DNA from: Pseudomonadota bacterium
GTDB lineage: Bacteria; Pseudomonadota; Gammaproteobacteria; Ga0077536
Direction: 5' to 3'
Assembly: GCA_018668255.1 (NCBI GenBank)
Contig: JABISZ010000054.1
Coordinates: forward strand, 7,780-71,779
DNA length: 64,000 nt
Shown: positions 36,429 through 47,506 of the stretch, piece by piece
How positions within the stretch are numbered: position 1 is the stretch's first letter
How the letters are laid out: each line of letters begins with the position of its first letter
Position numbers and translations under genes: made by a program
The notes under the pieces: model-generated
The model's input: the letters and a program-made list of their open reading frames with translations, nothing else
Told to the model about the DNA's origin: nothing
Databases searched by the model: none

Positions 36429-37241
36429 ATGCAGATCGGTATCTCTATCAACAATATGGGACCTCTATCTACAAAGGAAGTGATCACCCGGCAGGCCCTT
36501 AAAGCTGAACAATCGGGGTTAGATCACATATGGGTACTCGATCATATCGCCATTCCTCCTGATCAATCAGAAGGATCTGGGGGACGATACGTAGATCCTT
36601 TGGCTACACTCGCGTTTCTAAGCGGCATTACAAGCACAATAAAATTAGGCACTTCTGTTTTAGTGCTCCCCTATCGTCCTGCATTAGCTACTGCTAAATG
36701 GGTTGCTTCTATCCAAGAGCTCTCGTCAGGAAGATTAATTCTTGGTGTAGGTATTGGATGGATGGAAGCTGAATTCATTGTGACTAATGCATCACTGAAG
36801 ACCAGAGGCTCTGTAACTAATGAAACAATTGAGTTCTTCATGGAGTGCTTCGCAAATGATATTGTTTCATACAAAAACCAACAGTTTATTTTTAGTCCGC
36901 GCCCAAAGCGACCTCCAATTTTGATTGGGGGAAATCAGAATGCCGCAATCCAACGAGTAATGAATTACGGAGACGGTTGGATGCCTATGATAAAGGATCA
37001 TGATTCACTCATAAGCAAATGCCAAGATTTACAGCGACTGAGAAGAGAAGAAGGCAAAGACAAAGCAATTATCATCCCCTTAATGGCTTTAGATTTCTCT
37101 GATCTTTCAAAAGTCGTGGATCAGTTGAGCGCGCTCGAAGAGGCGGGATGCACGGGTATAGAACATTTTCAGTCGTCCAAAACAGAATACGACTTTAATT
37201 CAACGGTAGACTGTCTCGCAGAACTTAAAAGCCAATTGTAG
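36429..37241 (+). CDS. LLM class probable F420-dependent oxidoreductase
   Basis: IWVLDH, DPLATLAFL, LGTSVLVLPYR, SSGRLILGVGIGW, PPILIGG. Confidence 0.88.
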   Translation: MQIGISINNMGPLSTKEVITRQALKAEQSGLDHIWVLDHIAIPPDQSEGSGGRYVDPLATLAFLSGITSTIKLGTSVLVLPYRPALATAKWVASIQELSSGRLILGVGIGWMEAEFIVTNASLKTRGSVTNETIEFFMECFANDIVSYKNQQFIFSPRPKRPPILIGGNQNAAIQRVMNYGDGWMPMIKDHDSLISKCQDLQRLRREEGKDKAIIIPLMALDFSDLSKVVDQLSALEEAGCTGIEHFQSSKTEYDFNSTVDCLAELKSQL

Positions 37242-37249
37242 AAAATATT

Positions 37250-38422
37250 ATGAATTTAATAAAAAAAATAGTCGATAAGAACAAGGACCATGCCGCTTGG
37301 CGTCAAATAATACACGCACACCCAGAGCTTGCTTATCAAGAGTATGTCACAGCCCAATTTGTTGCGGACAAACTAGAATCTTTTGGCATCACTATCGTAA
37401 GAGGTCTCGGGAAAACGGGTGTAGTTGGCACGATAAAATCTGGGTCCAGTGATAGGTCAATCGGGCTGCGGGCAGACATGGATGCCTTGCCTCTGACAGA
37501 GATGAACACTTTTAGTCATCGTTCAAAGAATACGGGAGTAATGCATGCATGCGGACATGACGGGCACACCGCAATGCTTCTAGCGGCTGCACAGCACCTA
37601 TCAGCACACCAAGACTTTGATGGCATAGTCCACTTTATTTTTCAGCCTGCTGAAGAAGGAGAGGCCGGTGCAAAAGCCATGATGGATGATGGACTTTTTA
37701 CAGATTTTCCTATGGAAGCTGTTTATGGAATTCATAACTGGCCCGGACTTCCCGTTGGTGAAATGGCAATGAGAAAAGGTCCCATAATGGCTGCGATGGA
37801 TTTGTTTGAAATTAAGGTTATCGGGAAAGGTGGTCATGCAGCTTTACCACATTTAGTGATTGACCCTATACAAGTTGGGACACAAATCGTACAGGCTTGG
37901 CAAACGATTGTATCCCGTAACGTAAAACCAACCGACCCTGCCGTACTTTCGGTCACGCAGTTCCATGGAGGAGATACAGATGCATGGGCAGTGGTTCCTG
38001 AAGAAATAACAATAAGAGGAACAGTTAGAACATTCTCAACGGACACAAAAGAGCTTATAAAATCGCGCATGGAGAAGATCGCACTTGGAATCTGTCAGGC
38101 ACATGACTGCAAGTTAGAATGGTGGTATGACGAGCGATTTCCACCAACTGTCAATTCAGACGAGGAAACTGACGTGGCAGCAAAAGCAGCTATCTCAATT
38201 TGTGGTGCTGAAAACGTCAATACAAATGTCGAAATGGTTACCGGATCAGAAGATTTCGGGTATATGCTTGAGGAAAAGCCGGGGTGCTATGCATTCATAG
38301 GTAACGGACCCGGAGATGGCGGATGCCTACTCCATAGTCCTCATTTTGATTTTAACGATGAAGTAATTCCCGTAGGTGCCAGTTACTGGGTGGAACTAGT
38401 GAATCAAGTATTAAAGAAATAA
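37250..38422 (+). CDS. M20D amidohydrolase (hippurate hydrolase / aminoacylase family)
   Basis: HAHPELAYQE, LRADMDALP, MHACGHDGH, FQPAEE, GSEDF, LHSPHFDFND. Confidence 0.95.
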   Translation: MNLIKKIVDKNKDHAAWRQIIHAHPELAYQEYVTAQFVADKLESFGITIVRGLGKTGVVGTIKSGSSDRSIGLRADMDALPLTEMNTFSHRSKNTGVMHACGHDGHTAMLLAAAQHLSAHQDFDGIVHFIFQPAEEGEAGAKAMMDDGLFTDFPMEAVYGIHNWPGLPVGEMAMRKGPIMAAMDLFEIKVIGKGGHAALPHLVIDPIQVGTQIVQAWQTIVSRNVKPTDPAVLSVTQFHGGDTDAWAVVPEEITIRGTVRTFSTDTKELIKSRMEKIALGICQAHDCKLEWWYDERFPPTVNSDEETDVAAKAAISICGAENVNTNVEMVTGSEDFGYMLEEKPGCYAFIGNGPGDGGCLLHSPHFDFNDEVIPVGASYWVELVNQVLKK

Positions 38423-38452
38423 GTAACATCACAACAAGCAAAGGACATAACT

Positions 38453-38845
38453 ATGGATACACATCAGAAACTGATAACAGCTGGATTTAAGGCACTAGGA
38501 GAAGGCGACCACGAACCACTCATGGGGCTGTTTGACAAAAATGTCCAGTGGACCATCATAGGTAACACCCGATTTTCTGGTACTTACAATGGGATGGAAG
38601 AAGTAGCGACTAAGCTCCTGGCTCCTCTCGGCGAGCTTGTCGATGGCCATCTTCACATTACCGTTGATAATTTAATATCTGATGGCGACTATTTGGCTTG
38701 TCAGGGGCGTGGAGAATCTAAAACCAAAGCTGGCGGGACATACAATAATACTTATTGCTGGGTATATCGCTGGTCGGGAGACAATATTGTCTCAGTTACC
38801 GAATACTTAGATACCGAAGTCTTAACGGCGTCCTTTGGAGCATAA
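38453..38845 (+). CDS. SnoaL/NTF2-like protein
   Basis: FSGTYNG, G.TYNNTYCWV, VTEYLDT pattern. Confidence 0.88.
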   Translation: MDTHQKLITAGFKALGEGDHEPLMGLFDKNVQWTIIGNTRFSGTYNGMEEVATKLLAPLGELVDGHLHITVDNLISDGDYLACQGRGESKTKAGGTYNNTYCWVYRWSGDNIVSVTEYLDTEVLTASFGA

Positions 38846-38879
38846 TCACGGAATGGAGAGGACCGAGTGCACTGATTGA

Positions 38880-39977
38880 TCAAACATTAAATCGAAAATG
38901 CATCACGTCTCCGTCTTTGACAACATATTCTTTCCCTTCAACCCGCAATTTACCTAATTCTCGAGCCTTAGACTCTCCCTTGTGCTCAATAAAATCATGA
39001 TAGGCAATAACTTCTGCGCGGATGAATCCTCTCTCAAAGTCAGTATGTATCACTCCAGCCGCCTCTGGTGCTAACGAGCCAATAGGAATTGTCCAAGCAC
39101 GAGACTCTTTAGGGCCGGCAGTAAAATAGCTTTGTAGTCCTAGTAACCGATGGCCTGCCCTTATAACCTGATCTAAGCCTGACTCCTCTATTCCTATATC
39201 ACTCAGAAATGCAGCTCTTTCATCCTGAGGTAAGGCAGCAATCTCTGCTTCAATCGATGCGCAAAGTACAATACATTCTGCCCCTACTTTTTCAGCATAC
39301 GCGACTACTGCCGCTGCCTCATCACAACCTTGCAGTTCGTCTTCTGCAACATTAGCCACAAACAATAATGGCTTTGCCGTCAGTAATGCCATCTCTTGCG
39401 CGAGAAGTGCAGGAGCACCATCATTCTGTAAGTTACCCGCCCTGATAGCTGTTCCTGCCTCGAGCAAGTCTAAAAGCACTTTGAATGACTCCGTACGTAA
39501 TTTTTGATCTTTATCACCAGATTTCGCTTGTTTCTCAGCTCGTTCCAATCCCCGCGTACAAGACTCGAGATCAGCTAAAGAGAGCTCAGTCTCAATAATC
39601 TCTATATCTGAAATAGGATCAACAGTACCAGACACATGGGTAATATTATCGTCATGAAAACATCTCACAACATGCGCAATTGCCGCTGTTTCTCTAATAT
39701 GAGCAAGAAATTTATTACCTAACCCTTCGCCTTTAGAAGCACCTGCAACTAGCCCAGCAATATCTACAAATTCCATACTCGAGGGGATCACTTTTTTGGA
39801 GCAGGCTATATCTGCAATCGCGCTCAATCGCTTATCAGGGACAACAACTATTCCTATATTTGGCTCTATAGTACAAAAAGGATAATTTTCCGCAGCGATC
39901 CCCGCGCTTGTTAACGCGTTAAACAGAGAAGATTTCCCCACGTTAGGTAATCCAACAATTCCGCACTTAAAACCCAT
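38880..39977 (-). CDS. ychF: Ribosome-binding ATPase YchF
   Basis: GIVGLPNVGKS, NYPFCTIEPN, DIAGLV, FTAGPKE. Confidence 0.98.
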   Translation of the reverse strand: MGFKCGIVGLPNVGKSSLFNALTSAGIAAENYPFCTIEPNIGIVVVPDKRLSAIADIACSKKVIPSSMEFVDIAGLVAGASKGEGLGNKFLAHIRETAAIAHVVRCFHDDNITHVSGTVDPISDIEIIETELSLADLESCTRGLERAEKQAKSGDKDQKLRTESFKVLLDLLEAGTAIRAGNLQNDGAPALLAQEMALLTAKPLLFVANVAEDELQGCDEAAAVVAYAEKVGAECIVLCASIEAEIAALPQDERAAFLSDIGIEESGLDQVIRAGHRLLGLQSYFTAGPKESRAWTIPIGSLAPEAAGVIHTDFERGFIRAEVIAYHDFIEHKGESKARELGKLRVEGKEYVVKDGDVMHFRFNV

Positions 39978-40576
39978 TAAATACCCTCGGCTTTTTTCTT
40001 TTCTCGAGTGTTCAAACGATTCATCACCTGCGTAAAGGCTCCCGCTCGAATGTCTTCCAAGGAGTCCACTACCCTATCTATAGCTACACAAATTTCATCG
40101 CACTCACTTGGTTTAACCGAGCCTAGGACATAGTTCGTAACATCCCAACCTTCAGGAGGTCGCCCTATCCCGATCCGCGCTCGCCTATAACCGTCTGTAC
40201 CGAGCTCTTGCGTAATACTGCGCAAACCATTATGTCCCCCATGACCACCCCCGTGCTTTAACCGCACAGAACCAACCGGTAGATCCAAATCATCGTGAAC
40301 TACGAGGATTTGACTTGGTTTAACCTTATAGTATCTAGCAAAGGCAGCGACGCTGCGTCCACTCAAGTTCATATAAGTGGTTGGTTTCAAACCATACATT
40401 CCCGCGGCTCCCTTTGCTAAAAGGCCGTGGAAACGAGCTTCCTTTGAAAAGTCAGTCCTTGTCTTTAATGCCCATTCGTCTAACAGCCAGAAGCCGACGT
40501 TATGACGGCTTTTTTCATGCTCACTACCAGGGTTGCCTAGCCCGACAACCAGTTCGATTGAGTCAGCTGCGACCAT
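39977..40576 (-). CDS. pth: Peptidyl-tRNA hydrolase
   Basis: GLGNPG, RHNVGF, KPTTYMNLSG, HGGHNGL. Confidence 0.97.
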   Translation of the reverse strand: MVAADSIELVVGLGNPGSEHEKSRHNVGFWLLDEWALKTRTDFSKEARFHGLLAKGAAGMYGLKPTTYMNLSGRSVAAFARYYKVKPSQILVVHDDLDLPVGSVRLKHGGGHGGHNGLRSITQELGTDGYRRARIGIGRPPEGWDVTNYVLGSVKPSECDEICVAIDRVVDSLEDIRAGAFTQVMNRLNTREKKKAEGI

Positions 40577-40617
40577 GAAAAAAGCTCAGAGTAAAAACAT
40601 CTGAGATGACTTTTCTT

Positions 40618-41280
40618 TTAATCAGGAGTATCGGCGCTTTCATCAGTCTCTGAGGCATCTTCTTCTGGCACATCATCTTCCTGAGTCGGCTCTTCCTCTT
40701 CTAGGCGCGGAGCATTAACCTGGACTATGGCAGCTGCACCATCTCCACCATGAAGCATTGCAGTGATTTCCACACCTTCAGGCATAGATAGATCATACAT
40801 ATGCAGAACATCTCCCAAACTTAAGGCCTCGACATCAACCTCAACAAATTCTGGGATACTGGCAGGCAAACAAGTCACTTCGATATCAGCCGCTAAATGC
40901 GCAATCACACCACCATCTTGTTTGACACCGACACATAAATCTTCGTTCACAAAATGTATTGGCACTCTGATGTTTAGGGTCTCTGATTCGTTTATCCTGT
41001 TGAAGTCCATATGCATTATCACTGGTTTCCAAGGGTGCCGTTGCATATCTTTAATTACTACTTTCTCCTTTTTACCTTCAATAGACAAACCCAGGACCTG
41101 CGAGTAAAAGCTTTCGTTAGAGGTCGCTTTTAGCATATCGGAGTGTGATAACTGAATCGAAACCGCATCTTTTTTACCACCGTAGACTATACCCAAGACT
41201 TTGCCGGCTTTGCGAAGGCGGCGGCTCGCACCCTTGCCCATCTCGCTGCGAATTTCCGCATTTAAAATAATATCTTCCAT
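40618..41280 (-). CDS. rplY: 50S ribosomal protein L25/Ctc
   Basis: GKGASRRLR, QRHP, H.DF, C-terminal TL5 domain, acidic tail. Confidence 0.97.
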   Translation of the reverse strand: MEDIILNAEIRSEMGKGASRRLRKAGKVLGIVYGGKKDAVSIQLSHSDMLKATSNESFYSQVLGLSIEGKKEKVVIKDMQRHPWKPVIMHMDFNRINESETLNIRVPIHFVNEDLCVGVKQDGGVIAHLAADIEVTCLPASIPEFVEVDVEALSLGDVLHMYDLSMPEGVEITAMLHGGDGAAAIVQVNAPRLEEEEPTQEDDVPEEDASETDESADTPD

Positions 41281-41317
41281 TTCGTATTCTCCAAGTAACT
41301 ATTAATATCCGTCATCC

Positions 41318-41337
41318 TTCATCCGCGACCAAATGAA
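41318..41337 (-). promoter_or_regulatory. Putative L25 leader hairpin
   Basis: TTCATTT-GGTCGC-GGATGAA on the minus strand upstream of rplY; the TGGTCGCGG core resembles proteobacterial rplY leaders as I recall them. Confidence 0.55.
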
Positions 41338-41347
41338 AAACAACCCT

Positions 41348-42301
41348 CTAATCAACAAACATCGAGCTCAACGATTGGCTCGAATTAATTCTACGGATAC
41401 TCTCCGCCAACAAACCTGCAACTGATAGCTGTCTTATCTTCCCGCATGCAATGGCATCCTCGGTTAACGGGATTGTATCAGTAACCACCAACTCATCTAA
41501 TGGCGAATTGGTCAAATTAGTTATCGCACTGCCTGAAAGAACGGCATGTGTGCAATAAGCGACTACTTTTTTAGCGCCATTCTCTTTTAGAGCAACCGCT
41601 GCACTGCATAAAGTACCCGCAGTATCAACCATGTCATCAACCATCACGCAAGTTCGATCTGCGACATCACCTATTATATTCATGACACGCGTCTCATTGG
41701 CCTTAGGACGGCGTTTATCGATAATAGCTAAATCGGCATCATCAAGCCTCTTAGCGATAGCGCGGGCGCGGACCACTCCTCCGACGTCGGGCGAAACCAC
41801 CATCAGATCGGGATATTCGTGCTTCCAAATATCTCCGAGTAGCACGGGTGAGGCATAAACATTGTCCATGGGTATATCAAAAAATCCCTGAATTTGCTCA
41901 GCATGCAAATCAACTGTGAGCAACCTCGTAGTACCAACATTCGAGATCATGTTAGCAACAACTTTAGCTGTAACTGGCACCCGGGCTGAACGCGGCCGCC
42001 GATCTTGTCGAGCATAACCAAGATAAGGTACGACTGCAGTAATGCTTTGAGCCGATGCCCGCCTAAGAGCATCAATTAAAATTAACAGCTCCATAAAGTT
42101 ATCATTGGTTGGCGCGCAAGTAGGTTGTATCACTATAGCATCTCGTCCTCGAACATTTTCTGAGATTTCCACCATAGTTTCTCCGTCACTAAACGAACCA
42201 ACTACAACTTTCCCTAAGGGAACATTAAGGTAACGCGCCACAGCCGATGCTAGTGATGGATTGGCATTACCAGTGCACAGCATCATTGAATCTTCATTCA
42301 T
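41348..42301 (-). CDS. prs: Ribose-phosphate pyrophosphokinase
   Basis: [32 protein letters not shown]. Confidence 0.98.
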   Translation of the reverse strand: MNEDSMMLCTGNANPSLASAVARYLNVPLGKVVVGSFSDGETMVEISENVRGRDAIVIQPTCAPTNDNFMELLILIDALRRASAQSITAVVPYLGYARQDRRPRSARVPVTAKVVANMISNVGTTRLLTVDLHAEQIQGFFDIPMDNVYASPVLLGDIWKHEYPDLMVVSPDVGGVVRARAIAKRLDDADLAIIDKRRPKANETRVMNIIGDVADRTCVMVDDMVDTAGTLCSAAVALKENGAKKVVAYCTHAVLSGSAITNLTNSPLDELVVTDTIPLTEDAIACGKIRQLSVAGLLAESIRRINSSQSLSSMFVD

Positions 42302-42429
42302 TACGGTCGAAACCTCTTCACATAAATATTTAGATTAAGCCGCCCATATGATTCGTTATAGGCGTAGCTTTATGATTCCGCCACATCTTATACTAAGCGG
42401 AGACTATTAGCTTCACGAAGCTAAAAAAT

Positions 42430-42504
42430 TGGCTGGGCTGACAGGATTCGAACCTGTGAATGCTGGGATCAAAACCCAGTGCCTTACCGCTTGGCGACAG
42501 CCCA
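42430..42504 (-). tRNA. tRNA-Gln (TTG)
   Basis: TGGGCTGTCGCCAAGCGGTAAGGCACTGGGTTTTGATCCCAG...GTTCGAATCC...CAGCCCAGCCA; conserved position between ispE and prs. Confidence 0.98.
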
Positions 42505-42509
42505 ATTGT

Positions 42510-43373
42510 TTAAATTTTTTCCTTCATCGCTTCTCTATGAAGCCTGCTTAATAGTGGGGATTGATTCATCCGTCCCCCACAATGTCCTTTCCACTGCTTA
42601 GGCAGTACCTTGAATACATTTTCAGCCGCCAAATCGCTTTCAATACATATAAACACGGCAGCCCCAGTACCACTCATTTTCGCAGCCCCGTATCCAGATA
42701 ACCAGAAGAGAGCGTCGGCCACCTCCGGATATAAGCGACAAGTTACTGGCTCACAGTCATTATGGCTTAGCTCCAAAGAAAAGTCGTGCATTTTGATTGC
42801 CTTGGTATCGCGTGTCAACTCCGAATCACCGAATATTTGTGCTGTTGCAACACTTACTTGAGGAGTAACAACAATAATTGGACCAACATCAGGCTCACAA
42901 AAGGATAATTTTTCTCCCACTCCCTCTGCCCAAGCTGCCTGTCCATGAATAAAGATCGGCACGTCCGCACCCAGTCTCAGTCCCAACTCGGCTAGCTCCT
43001 CAGTCGGAAGTTCCAAACCCCAAAGATAATTTAACGCAACCAAAACAGTTGCGGCATCTGAGCTACCACCTCCTAAGCCAGCGCCCATTGGAATATTCTT
43101 TTTAACTGATATGTCTACGCCGCTTTTGACTGCACAGTGCTTTTGTAGCGATTTAGCCGCCAACACTACCAGATCATCACTCGCATCTACCCCAGGCAAC
43201 TGAGTTTGTCGGGTAATTACACCATCATCACGAATCATAAAGTCGAGCTGATCATACAGATCTATGAACTGAAATAGAGTTTGGATATCGTGATAGTTGT
43301 CAGAACGACGTCCTGTAATATGGAGAAATAGATTTATTTTTGCGGGTGCTGGCCAGCTAGCGGATACGTTCAA
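42510..43373 (-). CDS. ispE: 4-diphosphocytidyl-2-C-methyl-D-erythritol kinase
   Basis: PAPAKINLFL, PMGAGLGGGSSDAA, GADVP. Confidence 0.97.
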   Translation of the reverse strand: MNVSASWPAPAKINLFLHITGRRSDNYHDIQTLFQFIDLYDQLDFMIRDDGVITRQTQLPGVDASDDLVVLAAKSLQKHCAVKSGVDISVKKNIPMGAGLGGGSSDAATVLVALNYLWGLELPTEELAELGLRLGADVPIFIHGQAAWAEGVGEKLSFCEPDVGPIIVVTPQVSVATAQIFGDSELTRDTKAIKMHDFSLELSHNDCEPVTCRLYPEVADALFWLSGYGAAKMSGTGAAVFICIESDLAAENVFKVLPKQWKGHCGGRMNQSPLLSRLHREAMKEKI

Positions 43374-44008
43374 TCACCTACCTCCCAATCTCTAAATGCT
43401 ATGCGCGACTCCCGCTCTCCACAGACCACAGAAATCCTCCTCGGCAAATTAGGCTTCCTGGTTTCATAATACCCTGAGATCTCTACATTACATCCGGCTT
43501 GAGAGAATCCTACCCACCGACCAACAGAATCAAATACCATATTAGTAGTGGCCTCCGATAGTCTCCGATCGGGAATACCCAGCATCCAATAACGAAAGTG
43601 CGAAATAGGCACCGTCCAACCAAACTGAGACTTCAGGAGCGACTCAGGCGTCTTAGCTAAAACTGATTGCCCATCAGAAGTGATCAGCTTCACAACTTTA
43701 GTATTTCCTTTTATAACTAGACTCCCTGCACCAAATGGACCCGAGAACTCTAAAGTAAAAATATCCCCCTGCTGACGCCACTTCAGGTCGCCGCTAAATG
43801 AGCCTTCATCCGACTTTAGCGAAAAACGAGATGCAAAACTCCAACGGTTCAATGTTGCAACAGCCTCGGCATGCTCGCCTGACAAATTATTCACTTCTTG
43901 CGGAGTTACTCGTGTATGGAACATGGAAGTCGAACATGAGCATATTGCACAAAGGCCAACTCCCATTAAACTGGCTCGGATAAAGCCTGTTTTCTTATAC
44001 AAATCCAT
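43370..44008 (-). CDS. lolB: Outer-membrane lipoprotein LolB
   Basis: Lipoprotein Cys, W.Q, GPFG, GWTVP..FRYWMLG.P, LPRRI; upstream of ispE. Confidence 0.88.
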   Translation of the reverse strand: MDLYKKTGFIRASLMGVGLCAICSCSTSMFHTRVTPQEVNNLSGEHAEAVATLNRWSFASRFSLKSDEGSFSGDLKWRQQGDIFTLEFSGPFGAGSLVIKGNTKVVKLITSDGQSVLAKTPESLLKSQFGWTVPISHFRYWMLGIPDRRLSEATTNMVFDSVGRWVGFSQAGCNVEISGYYETRKPNLPRRISVVCGERESRIAFRDWEVGD

Positions 44009-44306
44009 AACTTTCCTTAACTTCGCTACCCATACGTCCCGCCAACCCTGACTCTCTACTGTCTATTGTCCAACAAATACAGGAACTAGGTCGAGAACTT
44101 TCCCCCAGCTTATATTCGCTATGGATACCAGTCATATGCGCACAAAAAAGCACTACTAACATCAAAGTAGGCTAGGCATACCTGATTGAACTATAATCCA
44201 GAGTAAATAGGTTGGCTTAAAGAACAAAGAACTAATTTAAATCAACCTGCTAAATCAAATATTTTTGAGTTCACATCGCGCTAGAACAGGTACTTATTAT
44301 AACACT

Positions 44307-45554
44307 ATGTCTCTGATTATACTGGGTTTGTCTCACAAAACTGCACCTCTACAGATCAGGGAAAAAGTAGTTTTTGACGATGGCAATTTGCCAGAAGCAC
44401 TTGCAGAGTTGACCAATCAGCCGGGAATATCAGAAGCTATGATTCTTTCAACCTGTAATAGAACAGAGATTTACTGCTATGCTGAGGGCCTCGCTCAAAA
44501 TGCCCTAGTGACATGGCTTGCTAAGTTGAAAGGGCTAGAAGCAAATATTATCCTGAAGCATATGTATAGCCTTACTAATCAAGATGCTGTGCAGCACTTA
44601 CTTAGAGTTGCTAGTGGCCTTGATTCCCTAGTAATTGGTGAGCCTCAAATACTAGGGCAGCTCAAAAAAGCCTATAGAACCGCATTCGAAGTTGGAACGC
44701 TTGGAAAATTTTTAAATCGGTTACTGCAGTTTTCTTTTTCCTCGGCCAAAGAAACGAGGACAGAAACAAAAATCAACAACTCTCCTGTGTCAATTGCCTA
44801 CGCAGCGGTAAAACTTTCACAGCAGATCCATGGAGATCTTAGCAAAAAAACTGCTCTTTTGGTGGGGGCTGGAGAAACTATCTCACTGGTGGCTAGTCAT
44901 TTAGTAAGCTCAGGACTACGAAACCTTATTGTCGCGAATCGCTCTTTTACTAGGGCCTCAGTCCTTGCCAAGAAATATGCTGGCGAAGCAATAACCTTAA
45001 GCTTGGTTCCAAATAGGCTCCATGAGGCGGATATAGTGGTGTCGTGTACAGCCAGCCGCTCGCCCATCATCACTAAGAAATCAGTTCAACTATCAACTGA
45101 TAAACGGGAGGGGAAACCAGTCTTCATAGTAGATCTAGCCGTCCCGCGAGATGTTGAGCCTGAGGTAGATAATCTGCAGAATACTTTTCTATACACTGTG
45201 GACGATTTCGAATCCGTGATCTCGGAAAACCTCAAACTAAGAAAAGATGCTGCTGCAGTCGGAGAAGAAATGATCCATATGCAAGTGCAAGAATATATGG
45301 GGTGGCTAGAGTCTCAAACAGCGGCCGAAACGATCAGAGAGTTCAGAGAATATGCGCAAAACCTTAAAGAAGAAGCCTTGGAGCAAGCTCGCTCCAGTCT
45401 AAATAGTAAGCCAGCCGACAAAGTAATAGAACAGTTAGCTACGACCCTTACGAACAAGTTGATACACCGCCCTACAATAGCGCTTCGAGAAGCACACCTG
45501 CAAACCAATGACCTTCAGGTTGCTAGAAAAATTCTTGGGCTAAATGAAAACTAA
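44307..45554 (+). CDS. hemA: Glutamyl-tRNA reductase
   Basis: [31 protein letters not shown]. Confidence 0.97.
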   Translation: MSLIILGLSHKTAPLQIREKVVFDDGNLPEALAELTNQPGISEAMILSTCNRTEIYCYAEGLAQNALVTWLAKLKGLEANIILKHMYSLTNQDAVQHLLRVASGLDSLVIGEPQILGQLKKAYRTAFEVGTLGKFLNRLLQFSFSSAKETRTETKINNSPVSIAYAAVKLSQQIHGDLSKKTALLVGAGETISLVASHLVSSGLRNLIVANRSFTRASVLAKKYAGEAITLSLVPNRLHEADIVVSCTASRSPIITKKSVQLSTDKREGKPVFIVDLAVPRDVEPEVDNLQNTFLYTVDDFESVISENLKLRKDAAAVGEEMIHMQVQEYMGWLESQTAAETIREFREYAQNLKEEALEQARSSLNSKPADKVIEQLATTLTNKLIHRPTIALREAHLQTNDLQVARKILGLNEN

Positions 45555-45562
45555 TAATTGTT

Positions 45563-46645
45563 ATGAAAAAATCCTTACTCCAGAAGCTAGAAAGTGTATC
45601 CGACCGGAAAGTCGAGGTAGAGGAGATGCTAGCCACTCCTCATATTATTAAAGATCAAGCACAATTTAAAGCGCTCTCAAAAGAACATGCCGAGATAGCC
45701 CCTCTAGCAGGCTGGTTTGAGAAATATACGGAGATGCAAGCCGAGGTAACTAGCGCATTAGAGCTTGCACAAGAACAAGATGCACAAATGCGCGAAATGG
45801 CAAACGAAGAACTACTAAAGGTAAAAGCAGCATTAGCTAATATTGAGCGAGAGGTTCAAACTTTACTTATCCCAAAAGACCCAAATGATGAAGCCAGCGT
45901 ATATCTTGAAATCCGCGCAGGCACTGGTGGAAATGAGGCTGGGATATTTGTTGGAAATCTTTTGCGCATGTATTTACGCTATGCAGAGAAACAACAATGG
46001 CAAACCGAAATTATTAGCGCTAGTGAGTCGGAAGCTGGCGGCTATAAGGAGGTCGTAGCTCTAATTGATGGGAAAAACGTGTTCTCCAAACTAAAATTCG
46101 AGTCGGGGGCCCATAGAGTTCAGCGTGTGCCAGAAACTGAGTCTCAGGGTAGAATACACACATCAGCGTGTACAGTTGCAATTATGGCACAAGTTGATGA
46201 AGCAGAAATTGAAATCAACCCCAGTGACTTGAGAATAGACACGTTCAGGGCATCTGGAGCAGGGGGTCAACACATAAACAAAACCGATTCTGCGATCCGA
46301 ATAACCCACCTCCCAACCAACGTCGTAGTTGAGTGTCAGGATGAACGCTCCCAACACAAAAATCGTGCGCGCGCACTTAGTTTGCTGCAATCGAGACTGC
46401 TACAAGCAGAGCGCGACAGGATAGACTCGGAACAAGCTTCTACCCGGAAGAGATTAGTAGGCAGTGGGGACCGCTCGGAAAGAATAAGAACCTATAACTA
46501 TCCTCAAGGGCGTGTTACGGATCACAGAATCAATCTCACAATATATAAACTTGATGAAGTTTTAATCGGGGATCTAGATCTGGTAATCGCCCCCTTGGTC
46601 AGGGAACATCAAGCGGAACTAATTGCAGGAATGCAAGCAGAATAA
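45563..46645 (+). CDS. prfA: Peptide chain release factor 1
   Basis: [11 protein letters not shown] motif, GAGGQH, RIRTYN. Confidence 0.98.
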   Translation: MKKSLLQKLESVSDRKVEVEEMLATPHIIKDQAQFKALSKEHAEIAPLAGWFEKYTEMQAEVTSALELAQEQDAQMREMANEELLKVKAALANIEREVQTLLIPKDPNDEASVYLEIRAGTGGNEAGIFVGNLLRMYLRYAEKQQWQTEIISASESEAGGYKEVVALIDGKNVFSKLKFESGAHRVQRVPETESQGRIHTSACTVAIMAQVDEAEIEINPSDLRIDTFRASGAGGQHINKTDSAIRITHLPTNVVVECQDERSQHKNRARALSLLQSRLLQAERDRIDSEQASTRKRLVGSGDRSERIRTYNYPQGRVTDHRINLTIYKLDEVLIGDLDLVIAPLVREHQAELIAGMQAE

Positions 46646-47494
46646 ATGCGGCAAACCAACAACATAGCTACGCTGTTGCAGCAAAGTACCCATCTGCTGA
46701 CCAAGAGCCTAACTCCGCGATTAGATGCTGAAGTCATATTAGCCTCAGCTCTAAAAACTAATAGAACTTGGCTGTATGCCAATAGCGATTCCATAGTATC
46801 TCCCGAAGAAACAGCTGCTTACTTAGTAAAAGTAAAAGAACGAGGCAAAGGTGTACCGGTACCCTATATAACCGGATGCTGCGAATTTTGGTCATTACCT
46901 CTAAGCATAACACCCGATGTTCTGATCCCTAGACCGGAAACAGAGCTTTTAGTGGCGATGACACTAGAGATCATAAAACGTTCACCATCTCGACTTTCAA
47001 TGGCAGATCTTGGAACAGGAAGTGGAGCGGTGGCGCTTGCCGTGGCTAGCGAGACGGACCAACCAATGATCGCTGCTACTGATCTATCTCTCTCGGCACT
47101 GAGAGTAGCAAAGCGCAACCTACATCAACTAGATTATAAAAACGTAATAGTGTTAGCCGGTTCTTGGCTAAATCCCTTCGGGCGCAAAAGTCTGGATATT
47201 ATAGTCGCAAACCCTCCATATATAGGGCGTGAAGAAAGCCATCTGACTGATGCTGCTATTAAGTTTGAGCCGGCAATAGCGCTTTTTTCAAAAAATGACG
47301 GAATGCAAGAAATCGACTGTATAATCGTTCAGGCAAGTAAGTGCCTTAAGCAAGATGGTTGGATTTTACTAGAGCATGGGTTCCAACAAGGGAAAAAAGT
47401 GCGGAGCAGTTTAGAACACAATGGCTATTCTCAAATACATACAGAAAAAGATCTTAATCAATGCGAGCGGATAACACGAGCCCGTATGAGCTAA
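46646..47494 (+). CDS. prmC: Release factor glutamine methyltransferase
   Basis: LIPRPETE, DLGTGSG, NPPY; follows prfA. Confidence 0.96.
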   Translation: MRQTNNIATLLQQSTHLLTKSLTPRLDAEVILASALKTNRTWLYANSDSIVSPEETAAYLVKVKERGKGVPVPYITGCCEFWSLPLSITPDVLIPRPETELLVAMTLEIIKRSPSRLSMADLGTGSGAVALAVASETDQPMIAATDLSLSALRVAKRNLHQLDYKNVIVLAGSWLNPFGRKSLDIIVANPPYIGREESHLTDAAIKFEPAIALFSKNDGMQEIDCIIVQASKCLKQDGWILLEHGFQQGKKVRSSLEHNGYSQIHTEKDLNQCERITRARMS

Positions 47495-47506
47495 TGGATA
47501 TATCTA

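Noticed and set aside
42302-42429. Small hairpins between tRNA-Gln and prs
   Set aside because: Consistent with ordinary tRNA trailer and prs leader structure
44009-44306. Remnant of the TPR gene often found between hemA and lolB
   Set aside because: The short minus-strand ORF shows no convincing TPR pattern; probably a divergent promoter region
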